From contig NC_042998.1 in the NCBI RefSeq assembly GCF_006345805.1, positions 153,450,001 to 153,514,000 on the forward strand: a DNA stretch of 64,000 bases, given 5' to 3'. The position numbers were made by a program, and so were the translations under genes. The stretch is from Octopus sinensis (lineage: Eukaryota). Positions 26,006-39,370 of the stretch are shown piece after piece (the first letter of the stretch is position 1; each line of letters starts with the position of its first letter). Under the pieces are notes generated by a model. The model had not been told where the DNA came from. It saw only the letters and a program-made list of their open reading frames with translations, and ran no database searches.

Positions 26006-26373
26006 ACTCTTTTACTTGTTTCAGTCATTTGACTGCGACCATGCTGGAGCACCGCCTATAATCGAGCAACTCGACCCCGGGACTTATTCTTTTGTAAGCC
26101 CAGTACTTATTCTATCAGTCTCTTTTGCCGAACTGCTAAGTAACGGGGACATAAACACACCAGCATCGGTTGTCAAGCAATGCTAGGGGGACAAACACAG
26201 ACACACGCATATATATATACATATATATGACGGGCTTCTTTCAGTTTCCATCTACCAAATCCACTCACAAGGCTTTAGTAGAAGAGACTTGCCCAAGGTG
26301 CCACGCAGTGAGACTGAACCCGGAACCATGTGGTTGGTAAGCAAGCTACTTACCACACAGCCACTCCTGCACC
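26006..26373 (-). mobile_element. tRNA-derived SINE (same family as 24519)
   Basis: Reverse complement of 24519-24933. Confidence 0.88.
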
Positions 26374-26424
26374 TATATATGTATATATATATATATATAT
26401 ACATATATGTATGTATATATATTC

Positions 26425-28334
26425 CTAGTAAGGCAGCTGCAGGAGAAATACCTAGCCAAAGATAAGCCCCTGTACCTGGCTTTCGTTGACATGGAGAAAG
26501 CCTTCGACAGGGTCCCCCGATCCCTTATCTGGTGGTCAATGAGGAAACTAGGGATAGATGAATGGTTAGTGAGAGCTGTGCGGGCCATGTATAGGGACGC
26601 TGCTAGTAAGGTAAGGGTTGGCAAAGAGTACAGTGAAGAATTCCGGGTAGAGGTAGGGGTCCACCAAGGCTCAGTCCTCAGCCCCCTCCTATTTATCATA
26701 GTCCTCCAGGCAATAACGGAGGAATTCAAGACAGGATGCCCTTGGGAGCTCCTCTATGCTGATGACCTTGCTCTAATTGCTGAGTCGCTATCAGAACTGG
26801 AGGAGAAGTTTCAGGTGTGGAAACAAGGATTAGAATCGAAGGGCCTCAGAGTCAATCTAGCTAAAACCAAAGTCGTAATCAGTAGGAAGGCAGACAAATC
26901 ACAAACGCCTTCAGGTAGATGGCCCTGCTCGATCTGTAGAAAAGGTGTAGGTAGAAACTCTATAAGATGCACCAAGTGTAAGCTATGGACACATAAGAGG
27001 TGCAGCAATGTCAAAGGAAGGCTAACTAGGAAGATGGTTTTTGTATGTGGCAGATGCTCAGGAACAATAAACACTGAAAATGCTCTGAGACCAACTTCCG
27101 TCACTTTCCAGGGAGAAAAACTAGAAATAGTTGATAGTTTCCGTTACCTAGGTGACCAAGTCAGCAGCGGGGGCTGGTGTGCTGAAAGTGTAACTGCTAG
27201 AGTAAGAATAGCTTCGGCAAAGTTCAGAGAGCTCTTACTTCTGCTGGTGACAAAAGGCCTCTCGCACAGAGTGAAAGGCAGACTGTATGATGCGTGTGTA
27301 CGAACAGCCATGCTACATGGCAGTGAAACATGGGCCGTGACTGCTGAGGATATGCGTAAGCTCGCAAGAAATGAAGCCAGTATGCTCCGATGGATGTGTA
27401 ATGTCAGTACTCATACTCGACAGAGTGTAAGTACCTTGAGAGAAAAGCTGGACCTAAGAAGCATCAGTTGTGGTGTGCAAGAGAGATGTTTGCGCTGGTA
27501 TGGTCATGTGGCGAGAATGGATGAACATAGTTGTGTGAAAAAGTGCCACACCCTGGCGAGTGAGGGAACCTGCGGAAGAGGCAGACCCAGGAAAACCTGG
27601 GACGAGGTGGTGAAGCACGACCTTCGAACTTTATGTCTCACTGAGGAAATGACTAGAGACCGAGACCTCTGGAAGTGTGCTGTGCGCGAGAAGACCCAGC
27701 AGGACAAGTGAGTTCATAACCCGTGGCCTTCTACATGGGATGGAGCCAGCCTACGTATGCATACCTTCCCTTCTTGGGACACAAAACTACTTGTGAAGAC
27801 CTGTTGAGGCAAGTGAGGATCAGAATCGAAATCGATCAATGGAAATTGCAGATGTGTTACCAGTGCCGGTGGCATGTCGAAACTCTACTTGGGAAGACCT
27901 GTTGAGGCAAGTGAGGATCAGAATCGAAATCGATCAATGGAAATTGCAGATGTGTTACCAGTGCCGGTGGCATGTAAGAGAGCCTTCCGTTTCGCGACCG
28001 TTGCCAGCGCTGCCCCGACTGGCCTCGTGCCGGTGGCACGTAAAAAGCACCATCTGTTCGTGTCTGTTGCCAGCCTCGCCTGGCCCTCGTGCCGGTGGCA
28101 CATAAAAAGCACCATCTGTTCGTGGCCGTTTGCCAGCTCTGTCTGGCACCTGTGTGGGTGGCACATAAAAAGCACCCACTACACTCACGGAGTGGTTGGC
28201 GTTAGGAAGGGCATCCAGCCATAGAAACACTGCCAGATTTGACTGGGCCTGATGAAGCCTTCTGGCTTCACAGACCCCAGTAGAACCGTCCAACTCATGC
28301 TAGCATGGAAAACGGACGCTAAACGATGATGATG

Positions 28335-28336
<2 letters not shown>
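26425..28336 (+). mobile_element. Young 5'-truncated RTE LINE with an open RT/C-terminal ORF
   Basis: ORF 26407..27711: LAFVDMEKAFDRV, VGVHQGS, LLYADD, LRWYGHV, GRGRPRKTW; 3' UTR ends in (GAT)n. Confidence 0.95.
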
Positions 28337-28359
<23 letters not shown>

Positions 28360-28365
<6 letters not shown>

Positions 28366-28910
28366 TTAGAGACAAAACCACTATTTTGCAAAACAAACAA
28401 GGAAAGACTTAATCAATACATAAAATTTTAATAAAAAGTAAAAAAAAACGCCACTACAATTGTTTCTTGTCCTGATCGACAATCTTCAGGTGGACTTCCA
28501 ATCTAAAATATCAATATTTTAAAATATAAAAATAATAATTTTAAAATAATTAAAGTATTAATGAAAAAATATAAATATATAATCTATATATAACCTATAT
28601 ATAATCAATATATAAACAATATATAAACTAAAATAAACCTATCAACAATTAAATATAAAACAAAACAAAAAATAAACTATATATACACCCATACACATAT
28701 AACTAATTATATATAACCATATCTAAATACATACACTAAATCACACACCTATATATATATCCCTATACATACACATAAAAACGTCTAGGCAACGATAAAT
28801 AAATAAAATAGCCAAATACTTCAACACAATACTTATTCATACTCCCTCACACACACATACAACCCACATTCCCGCTCTAAACGAACATCATTTAAAATTA
28901 TGAATGGAGA
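28360..28910 (-). mobile_element. PLE-like 3' terminus (AT-rich) carrying an HHR
   Basis: HHR at 28451-28493 followed by a short tail to (TA)n; no coding motif recognised. Confidence 0.55.
28451..28493 (-). ncRNA. Minimal type I hammerhead ribozyme motif, fully paired
   Basis: Minus strand: CCAC-CTGAAGA-TTGTC-gatcag-GACAA-GAA-ACAATTGT-A-GTGG. Confidence 0.88.
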
Positions 28911-29386
28911 AATGGAATTAAAAATTATATTCACTTGGTAAAACGAACATTACTTAAAAATTATGAATGAAATAATGTAATAAAATAACAGACATCGTAA
29001 ATAGACAAATTACTACGAATTCTTTAATAAAACTACCATGATAGGCAGGCAGGCAGGCAGGCAGATTCTTGCTTATGGCAAAAGGTGTAAAGAACACCCT
29101 ATCTGCTGTCATACCGTGGTATTCAGGCTTCCTGACAGGAGTAAAGCTGAGTGATAAAGGTGATGGTGGAAGAAAAGAGAGAGAGAGATGAGAGGGCAGC
29201 AGTGAATGGAAACTTAAAAAGAATATAATGAATGAATGATTCAATGCAGGTACAATATACATTTTAATATACGTTATTTTAATGTCTCTGTTTTGCCAGA
29301 CTTTACACAGGTGAGTGGGTTTTCTTCAGAGAAAATAAAACACTATAAAATATCTGATAGTGTTGTTTTTCTTTGTTTTCCTACAG

Positions 29387-29523
29387 GTTGAATTAGATGG
29401 TAAAAAAATCAATCTCCCCAAATTGGAAGGCCTTGTTGTTTTAAATATCAGTAGTTGGGCTGGAGGTTGTCGGGTCTGGGAAATCAAAGCAGATGAAGAA
29501 GAAGATGAATACATACCTGCCAG
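29387..29523 (+). CDS. DGKE: Diacylglycerol kinase epsilon-like, internal exon (accessory domain)
   Basis: ttttcctacag|GTT..GCCAG|gtgagt; VELDGKKINLPKLEGLVVLNISSWAGGCRVWE resembles DGKE LELDG..LEGIIVLNI..WGGGCRLWE. Confidence 0.9.
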
Positions 29524-32500
29524 GTGAGTTTAATTTGAATTACTAAAAAAGGTGTCAGGTTTGTGAAAACTATGGTGTTTCGAGTGGTTGGTGTATCAGT
29601 AAGAGACTTGTCTTTTAATGTGATGGCATGAATAACGAAGTTAGTGGAATCTGGAGATGTTAGGAAAACTGTTGAGAATAATGATGATAGCATCACTGGT
29701 AATGATGGTTGTTGTTCTTGTTGGTATGAATTGGATACTCACTCACAATAGCAAGTTTCTAAACATTTCAATCTTCTGTTATTTCTCTGCATAGCCTAAT
29801 GTTATTAGATTTGATCGAACTATTTCCTTTCAAGTCTTCATCTTTTTTTAACTTTACTTCCTTCACTCAATACTTTATTTCCTCAACATTTATTCCCCTC
29901 CACTTCATATTTATACATACAAATGTCTGCATTTATCAGCACCAATCAGCCAATATCTCTGATGTTTACATACATACATAAACACACACACACACACACA
30001 TGTATATACATGTATGTGTGTGGGTGTATATGTTTGTGTCTACATACATATGAGTTTATATGTCTCTCTCTCAATATATGTATATCTGTTACAATGTGGT
30101 TTTGCATCTACTTTCTCAAGAGAGGAAGAAGAGAAAGAAACACAAAAAGAAAGTGAAATAGTAAGAGGAAAAGGAACTTTTTTCACTGGACACTATATCC
30201 ATAATGTATATTCTGTATCAGAAATTATTTTCCCCTACTGGAAAATACTTTAGGAGTGTATAGTGTCAGGTAAAACATACAGGTCTTATAACTGAAAGGT
30301 TGTGATCTTTATATGGTTCAGTCCTGTTTGGTGCAATCTTAACCAGACTCTCACTCACAGTGATCATGAAACTCCAAATGATATTCTAGAGCAAATCTAG
30401 AAATAATGTCTTTCATAGAATTCATTTAGATGCTTTGAGTGCACACGCACAGCTATGTGATTTTGAGTTCAGTCCCACTGTGTGACACCTTGAGCTAGTG
30501 TATTCTATTTTAAGTGAAGCCTGGTGACTGAATTGGTAGACAGAAACTGATAAGCTCATAATACATAACACTAAAAAATACCTTGGATTGAAAGAAAAGG
30601 AGCAGTAAGTCACTTGAAGGATTTCAACCATGTATTCACTATAACCCACTCTGTTATGATGCCATTACAATTATCTTTTGCTGGATTTACAACTGTGTTA
30701 ACAGAAGATTATTTTACATATTTCTTAACATTTCTATATCTTCAAATGTTAACGGTTTATTTATCCTTGATTTATCCTCTTGAATTCTCCCCACTGTCTC
30801 CAAATATCTGATTAGGTGGGTATGTCCTACACACCCATGTAATCTCTAAATAATTTCATCACAGATTTAGTAGTCAGTATTTGAGGTTGATGTAACATCA
30901 GTTGACCAAACCTTTACCCTCACTGGACCTATCATCTAATGCCTTATCACTAACCAACACACAGCCACATACATACTACGACACTGCTCTCCCCCCTCTC
31001 TCCACCTCTAGACCCTATAGTACTTCATGTCAGCTGACTGGTCAGAATTTTGCCAGTTTTATGCAAATAAATCCTGGCAGCACATGTTCTTCCAAGAAGA
31101 GTTAAAGAGTTGTTAGAGGATTTTGTAGAGTAGTAGATGTAGGAAATATTAAAAGGATATTCAGCCTTGTCTATGAAATAGGTGTTGGCTAATTAGTTGA
31201 ATTTGAATCATAGTAATTCTGCAAAAAGTTATTATTTCAAATACATTAAATTATTTGTATCAGAGATACATTTTTTTAAGTCTTAAAAATGTGCAAAAGA
31301 CCCCTTACTCCTGTACCTTTTTTTTATTTAGAAAAGTTTATACAATTTTTCCTGAACTTATTCCAAGTGTAGCCATTCATATGACTTGAGATTGTTAAAC
31401 TATCATCCCCATATAAGCCTGAACTGTGGGAGAGGTGGGGGGGGGGCTTTATAGCTGGTCATAGTCTCACGTGGTGAAACCATCTAATGTTAACTCCGTT
31501 CAGAAGGCTGGAGTAGATGTCATTCGATGAAGGAACACTGTACAATGCATTCATAGAACCATCTGTAAATTTAAATGCTTTTACTCCAGGTCACAAATAT
31601 ATACAAGTTGAATAATCATGGAAAGTGTTTACAAGTGAAGGCCATATTCAGCTTCTGAGTATTCTACCTCATATCTGCTCAATGTCTGTTAGCCGTTGCA
31701 TGTGTTGTGCAAAAGCTAATGAGGTCACGTCTGCACACCTTGCTGTCACGATGACAAAGAAGAACTGAATGCCAGAACCTCAATGTTACATGTGCCACCT
31801 TGTGGTAAGCTATTTAGACAGCTACTGTCAGGGGAGGTAACTGCACCTACAGAGCCCTCCCTTAGACCACAAACGGTTGACCAAAAGGAAGGTAGGTGAA
31901 ATGTACATGTGCAATAAAAGGACACAGAAGAATGAAACATGGCAAAGCAGTTGTATGAACAATGCAAGAGTACAAATTTGGAGGAAACATGCAGAAAAAA
32001 TGTCTGTTCTAGTAGAGAACAAAATATGATACACAGAATCTGAACTATGGCTGAACAATTGAAAATACAATGCAAATATGTACAAAGAAAGAAATATTCA
32101 GCAAAGAAAGGTGTTCAATCAAACAGACGGTAGCTATCTAAAGCTTCTTTAGGGTCTCTAGGGTAAATAATCTGACTAAGTTATTTATCCTGGATCTATC
32201 TTTTTAAATTCTCACTACTTTGACTCCAAATTTCTGATAAGATGGACTTGTCCTACACACCCATGAAACTTTAAGTAATGCGAAACTAAGTAAACCTGCC
32301 AAATATGTTGAGTGCTACTTTCTTTTGTTTGTTCACTCCCTCTCCCATTCTCTCTCTCTATCTTTCTTTTCTCTCTTCTCTCTTCTTTCTCCTCTCTCTC
32401 TCTCTCTCTCACTCTCTTTCTCGCTATATTAACTGGTCACGGTCAGTGTGATATATATATATATATATATATATACAATTGCAGCGTGGAAGGTGTTTAT

Positions 32501-32556
32501 AAGCCATTTAAGAAACACACAAAAGCCGTTCGATTCACTTCAACATTTAAGTTTAA

Positions 32557-32606
32557 TTTGTCAAAATATTTTCGTCGCTAAAATCTGCGACCTGTTCACT
32601 GACAAA
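32557..32606 (-). ncRNA. Hammerhead-like motif, G3:C8 core variant
   Basis: Minus strand: TTTGTCA-GTGAACA-G-GTCGC-agatttta-GCGAC-GAA-AATATT-T-TGACAAA. Confidence 0.7.
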
Positions 32607-32665
32607 GTCCGTGCTGCTCCGCGACCTGTTCACTGACGAAGTCCGTGCTGAGATGCAGCACGGAC

Positions 32666-32715
32666 TTTGTCAGTGAACAGGTCGCGGATTTTAGCGACGA
32701 AAATATTTTGACAAA
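32666..32715 (+). ncRNA. Hammerhead-like motif, G3:C8 core variant
   Basis: TTTGTCA-GTGAACA-G-GTCGC-ggatttta-GCGAC-GAA-AATATT-T-TGACAAA. Confidence 0.72.
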
Positions 32716-32854
32716 TTAAACTTAAATGTTGAAGTGAATCGAACGGCTTTTGTGTGTTTCTTAAATGGCTTATAAACACCTTCCACGCTGCAATTGTTTT
32801 TGTTTCAGCACACGATCTCAGATCAAATTACTTGCTATGCGAGTACATCTCCGT

Positions 32855-32887
<33 letters not shown>

Positions 32888-32889
32888 AC

Positions 32890-33460
32890 TAAAAGCACAC
32901 AGGACTTAGACTCTCTCAAATGCCCAGGAGGTTCTCTTGAGGTAGTAGATAGTTTCTGTTACCTAAGTGACCAAATTAGCAATGGGGGTGGATGCTCTGA
33001 AAGTATTGTTTTTAGAATATGAATTGAATGGAGAAAGTTCAGAGAGCTACTACCACTGTTGGCAAGAAAAGGACTCTCTCTCAGAGTGAAAAGTAGATTG
33101 TATGATGCTTGTGTATAAACAGCTATACTCCATTGTAGTGAATTTTGAATGCAGAGGACATATATGGACTAGAGAGAAATGAAGGTAGTATGCTCCACTG
33201 GATGTGCAGTATCAATGTGCATGAACTACAAAGCACAACTGTGTTGAGAGAAAATTTGGATGTAAGAGAAATCAAATGCAGCATGCAAGAGAGCAGACTA
33301 CGTTGATTTAGACATGTGATGTAGACAGTTGTATAAAGAAGTGCCAGTCACTGAAATTGGATGACACCTGTGGAAGAGTGAGTTCCAGGAAAACATGGGA
33401 TGAAATGGTGAGGACTGATCTCAGGATGTTGGGACTCACAGTGGAAATGACACTGCTCAT
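32890..33460 (+). mobile_element. Degenerate RTE LINE C-terminal fragment
   Basis: LEVVDSFCYLSDQIS..GGCSES; similar to 27120-27650. Confidence 0.8.
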
Positions 33461-34100
33461 GTCAGTGAACATGAGTTCTAGAAGCGTTGTGTCCCACCCA
33501 CACATAACAATAAAACTTTCACACACCCTACACCAACAAACGAAACTACACCCACTCCCTCTTCCTAAACTGTTTCTCTTCTCTTCCTCACATTTCCTTT
33601 TCATACACTGTAACTACCTTCCACTCCCCAATCCAGTCCAGCTACTCTGCTCACTGTATCATTGCTTCCCCTGTCCCCCTCCCCCTCTGTATACCCAAGA
33701 TTCTCACCAGTCACTGCATCACCCCACCCCCACTCATAACTTCTTGGTGATACCCTGCCAGCACCTGCCACCATTCATTTCCCTCTTCCTTGCTCTACCA
33801 TCTCATCTATGCCCTGGTCCCCATTCCTTGCAAGTATATCCTGGCACTTACTGCTCTTGCTGTCTTCTACCCTCTCCCTTTCCCTTGCTTTCTCCTTTGG
33901 CTGAATAATCATGTATCTCTTCTGCAGCAACAAACTGTTTCTGCTTTCATTCTTGGTCACTCTCTCTTCCTTCTTTCCCTTGCTTTTACTTCTGGCTAGG
34001 TAACCATGTGTCTCCTTTACAACAGCACACTTCTTTCTTGTTAACTCCTACTCTCTCTAGGTAACTGCTTCTGCCCTCATTCTTATTAACACTCACTCTC

Positions 34101-34146
<46 letters not shown>

Positions 34147-34279
34147 CTGGGTTGGGTAACCAGGAAACTCTTCCAAAGCAAGACATCTGCTTCTGCCTCT
34201 AATTGTCACACTCTAATTGTTCATCATCTGACACAAAATCACCTGCTCCACTGCCCACTCCCCTCTCAAATACACTTTG

Positions 34280-34645
34280 TTTTCCAAAGTCACTTGGTGA
34301 CTCCACCAGTGCAGGTTTCACTTTAAAAGCACCCAATCCACACTGTAAAGTGGTTGGCATTTGGAAGGGCATCCAGCTGTAAAAGTCTCATCAAAACTGA
34401 CCTTGTCTGTGTGAGTGCCACATAAAAAGCACTCGGCTGACTCTATAGAGTGGTTGGTGTTAGGAAGGACATCCAGCTATAAGAAAACTATGCCAAAACA
34501 GACACAGAAGCATGGCGCAGACTCCTGCTTGGGCAGCTCCTATCAAATCATCCAACCCATGCCAGCATGGAGGGAGGACATTAAATAACGACGATGACGA
34601 TGATGATGGTGATGGTGATGGTGATGATGATGATGATGATGATTT
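34280..34645 (+). mobile_element. Diverged RTE 3' UTR fragment with (GAT)n tail
   Basis: ggaagggcatccagctgtaaa..ccaacccatgccagcatgga..gatgatg. Confidence 0.7.
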
Positions 34646-34923
34646 ATGTATAACAGACAAAAAGGGAATGGAAAACCCTGGCAGATATCAACAAAGTATT
34701 CAGTATTAAAAGAATATGATTAACAATATTCAACATTTAGACACCAAGTAGAATACAGATCCCAGGTAAATCCTCATACATGACAGGTAAATCCAAATAT
34801 CTTTTGACAGAATTTCAAAAAATTCAGAGTATTTGACAACAAAAAATACGTATAGAGAAAATTACATCTTTATTGTAGATCTCACCTTACAAAGCCAACA
34901 ATTGATTCTATTGCATTAGCATT

Positions 34924-34971
<48 letters not shown>

Positions 34972-35499
34972 CATGCATACATTTATATATGTATAGAAAA
35001 TATCATTAAAATTAATACTTATATTTCTGAAAAAAATATGTTAATGCAAGTTATCAAAGCAATCCAAAATAAGTGAAATTCGAATTGAACATATGAAATA
35101 TTAAATACTACCAATATACAAACACCTACAAAATGAATGCTTAAAGGGAATTCAATTTTAAGACATTGTTGTATTCAACTAATGATGACATCAGTGTATA
35201 ACAAAAGAATTTATAAAAGTAAAAAATAAATGTATTTAAGAAAGGTCATTTTTATATTCAGCTATTGATGAAATCAGTGGATAACAAAATAATAAAAAAA
35301 ACATAAGAGTTCTACATTACAATGATAAGAAACATAGAAAAATATAATCTAAAAAAAGGCCATTCTTGTATTGTTGACATCACTGGATAACTAAAGAATA
35401 AAAGATAAATGTAAGAATTCTATGTTACAATTATTAGAAACAGAAATTTTACATCACCACAATTAGTTATCTACTTAGTAAATGTATTAAACCTTTTAG

Positions 35500-36030
35500 A
35501 AGAATTAATTTATTATATAATGTATGAAAAGCTATTATAATTAAGAATTGAAATATTTGAATGTCTTTCTAAATTTATGGCAACATCTTATCATGAAGCT
35601 CATTAAAATTCAATAAAATTATTTTAGAAGTAATTATATAATACATTTCTTCAAGGCAAAGATCACATATAGAATTACCAATATTATACAATGGAGCATA
35701 ACTAATAATTGGACCACTTGAAATCATACTTAATGTTCCTATCTTTTAAATCCCATATGCATATACTAAGATTTGTAGAATTACTTTTTCTTCTTAAATG
35801 AATGAGAATGATTATGAAATGTAGATTTCAAAATTGTAGCAGATGAACCAGTGTAATGATATTTATGATCCCCTGTTATTACCTTGCACTGATAGACTAT
35901 ATTTTCCGTTAAACACTGATTTTCTAAATGACATATTTTCTTTTTACAATTACATAGGTATTTATTCACTTGTATTAGGTACTCATAGTTAAAAGGATTT
36001 CTACTAGTTTTCCTCTCCAAATTAGGCATT
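35500..36030 (-). mobile_element. PLE GIY-YIG fragment (Penelope/Poseidon-type)
   Basis: CNCKKKICHLENQCLTENIVYQCKV..HYTGSSATILKSTFHNHSHSF. Confidence 0.8.
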
Positions 36031-36069
36031 AAGTTGAGATTATTATTATTACAATTAATATTGTAATAA

Positions 36070-37540
36070 TGAAGCCCTGTTCATTGTGCAACAACATGAG
36101 TGAAGTGAATTCCATCAGAAATCATAACAGAAGTTGGAACATGTAAAGATTCCCATTTGGTGTACGCTGCAGAATGCACAAAACACAACTTAATTTATGT
36201 TGGTTGCACAACAGAACAATTAAGCAAAAGGCTTAATGGGCACAGATTCGACATCAGGCACAATAACAGTAGTTCAACAGAACTTGCTGAACATTTCGTT
36301 TCAAGCAGCTGCAATTTTGAAGGAGACTTGAAAATGCATATTCTCAGAAAATATTCTGAATCTGCTTCACTTTCACTTCTCAGAATGTATGAGGAGAAAT
36401 ATGTTTGTGGGTTAACATCACGCCCTGGATGAATGAATAAGATGAAAGGAAAAATCATCAAATTTATACAAAGCTGTTTGATTAAATTATTCTTCTTTCT
36501 CTCTTTTTCTTTCCTTTTTTTCTGTTGTCTTCTTTTTTCTGTTTTTTTCTCTCTTTTTCTTTTCACCTGTTATAAAATTGTAACTTGATGTCATTCCATT
36601 AACATGTGAACGCTGGTTGCTCTTGTTTACACTTTACGTTTAAATTTCCCACCTTCACTGTGAACAGGAATTAATCTTTTCTCTTTGTACCATATAGGTC
36701 AACTCACTACCTCTCTTCATCTGACACCAACCCCACACAGATTCCCACACACCTCCTACATTCAAATGCTACCTCTACCTACACACCTGCATACCACATC
36801 CACAAACACCTCACTCCACACACACCAGTACTAAACACTTTTCAGCACCCACACCATACACCATTATTCATACACCCACACACAATCTTCAATAGCATCA
36901 CCACACATATCACTATATAGGCTGCTCCACACACTGTTTGACTCAGTACACACACCACACACCATCATGCACACTCCCACACTAATGCAAGAACTTAATA
37001 CCTCAACACAGACAATATATACACACACATGTGACACACATAGACACAGATAACTTTCACTTGCAAACACACTATATACATGCATACTATTAGTCACAGA
37101 CAGACAGACACACACATATGTGCACACCACCTGATCAAGCACATATTAACTGCTACCCACACATTAGCCTCACATATACACACATCCATCCACACATACT
37201 CACCAACACATGTACTCACACACTCACTCCCATTCACACAAACACACTCACACACCATTCTTACATACACTCATGTGCTTGTGCCCTTTAGTTCCTTGAG
37301 GTCACTGTTATCGTTATTATTATTGTTATCCCCCTTTCATTGAGCGGATCATCTTGTCACGTTGGACTGTTGAACTCTGCACATTTTTTTCTCTCCATTT
37401 CTTTTCATTCTCTCTCTGTTTTTTTACTTCTTATTCATTTCTGTCAAAGAGCAGAGGCTTGAAACACAAAAGACTTTTCCATTCTTAAACTAATACACCT
37501 TCTTGTTGTTCCGACACCTCTTTTTTGTCTTTTGTTTTCT
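36070..37540 (+). mobile_element. PLE 3' portion (Neptune-like GIY-YIG, CA-rich 3' UTR, decayed HHR)
   Basis: VYAAECTKHNLIYVGCTTEQLSKRLNGHRFDI..ELAEHF..EEKYVCGL; decayed HHR at 37438-37472 (TTT-CTGTCAA-A-GAGC..GCTT-GAAAC). Confidence 0.85.
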
Positions 37541-37654
37541 GTAAACTTGAACTATATAATGATTTTTTCTTCAATATATATATGGATAGTTTATCCTGTT
37601 CACGTTATTGTATTAGCATTATCATGCGTTTGAGAATGAATTATTTCTGTATTT

Positions 37655-38002
37655 ATATATCATCATTTGACATCCGCTTTCCATGCTGGCTTGGATTGGA
37701 CAGTTTGACTGAGGACTGGTGAGCCAGAAGGCTGCACCAGGTTCCAATCTGATCTGGCAAAGTTTCTACAGCTGGATGCCCTTCCTAACACCAACCACTC
37801 TGAGAGTGTATGGGTGCTTTTATGTGCCACTGGCACGAGGGCCAGTCAGGCGGTTCTGGCAACGACCATGCTCAAATGGTGTTTTTTATGTGCCACCTGC
37901 ATAAGAGTCAGTCTGGCAGCACTGGCAACGACCATGCTCAAATGTTGTTTTTCACATGCCACCGGCACAGGTGCCAGTAAGGTGACGCTGGCAATGATCA
38001 TG

Positions 38003-38005
<3 letters not shown>
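37655..38005 (-). mobile_element. RTE 3' UTR fragment
   Basis: catcatcatttgacatccgctttccatgctggc.. similar to 11993-12400. Confidence 0.8.
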
Positions 38006-38086
<81 letters not shown>

Positions 38087-38204
38087 ACAGGCTTCTTTCA
38101 ATTTTCATCAGCCAAACCCACTCCCAAGGCTATAGGAGAAGACACTTGTCCTCTCTCTCTCTCTCTCTCTTATATATATATATGTATGTGTGTGTGTGTG
38201 TATG

Positions 38205-38577
38205 TGGAGGTGCAATGGCCCAGTGGTTAGGGCAGTGGACTTGCAGTCGTAGTATTTCAGTTTTGATTCCCAGACCAGGCATTGTGAATGTTTATTGAGC
38301 GAAAACACCTAAAGCTCCATGAGGCTCCGGCAGGGGTGGGGGCGAACCCTGCTGTATACTTTTACCACAACTTTCTCTCGCTCTGTCTCCCTATTTCTGT
38401 TGTACCTTTATTTCAAAGGGCCAGCCATGTCACACTCTGTGTCACGCTGAATATCCCTGAGAACTACGTTAAGGGCATACGTGTCTATGGAGTGCTCAGC
38501 CACTTGCACATTAATTTCACGAGCAGCCTGTTCCATTGATCGGATCAACTGGAACCCTTGTAATTGGAACTGATGAA
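38205..38577 (+). mobile_element. tRNA-derived SINE (second family)
   Basis: TGGCCCAGTGGTTAG head; shares gagcgaaaacacctaaagctcc with 44984. Confidence 0.78.
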
Positions 38578-39370
38578 TATATATATATAATGTGTGTATG
38601 TATATATCATATAATAATGGAGCAAGAAAGAGAGCATGAAGCATGATCCTACAATCCTATGTAGTCAAAACTTTAGGAATGCACTGTTCAGTCTAAAACA
38701 AACAGTATAATATCATTAATTCCAATTTGAATATATCTTTATAAGAATTTAATTCCAATTCTTTATTTTGAAAGCTTCAATGTGGCTGTCATCCTGTTTC
38801 AATAGATCAAGCAATGACATATTCACTGCAATGCGTACTTCCTGTCTAATCCCATTTTGTGGAAGTTACTATAAATTTTTGTGTCATTTTTTAACCCCCC
38901 AAAAAGCCTTTTGGATTTCTGTTTTCAACAATTTTGATTTCTAGTTTTTGTCTTACTTTCCATGATATTTTGGTGCATAAATGAAGTATTGCTTACTATA
39001 GTGAGAACCATTTCTTTTTAAAAGCAAACGTATTGTGGGAGAAAAATAAACATTTAGGTAATTAAAAAATAAACTGTTTTTGAAGAATGGTAATTTCCTT
39101 GAGTGCATGGATTCATCATATGCAGATATGCTACATTCCATTACTCATAAATGAGTAATAGAATGGCTCATTGTACTTACACACATATGATTGGGATCAG
39201 AAATCATCTACTTTTTATCCCCTAAAGATTTACTTAGTTTTTATATTCTGTTCAACACAATATAAGTTTCCTAGTTTCTTGGTGCAAGACATTATTTATT
39301 TTCAAATTCAGACTTCACAACTAATTAAACATGTCATTAATTGATATGAAATAAAACTCTAATTTTTCAG

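Larger units (their letters stand above)
32475..32797. mobile_element. 323-bp fold-back element with an HHR-like motif in each arm, intronic
   Basis: ACAATTGCAGCG..CGCTGCAATTGT near-perfect arms; ~34-bp internal duplication; (TA)n on the left, ~65-nt tail then (TA)n on the right. Confidence 0.9.

Noticed and set aside
27960-28190. CRISPR-like regularly spaced ~25-bp repeats
   Set aside because: The spacers are themselves similar, the array is part of an RTE 3' UTR, the context is eukaryotic and there are no cas genes.
28249-28275. CTGATGA-AGCC..GGCT in the RTE 3' UTR
   Set aside because: No GAAA follows, and other copies of this UTR differ here, so it is a chance variant.
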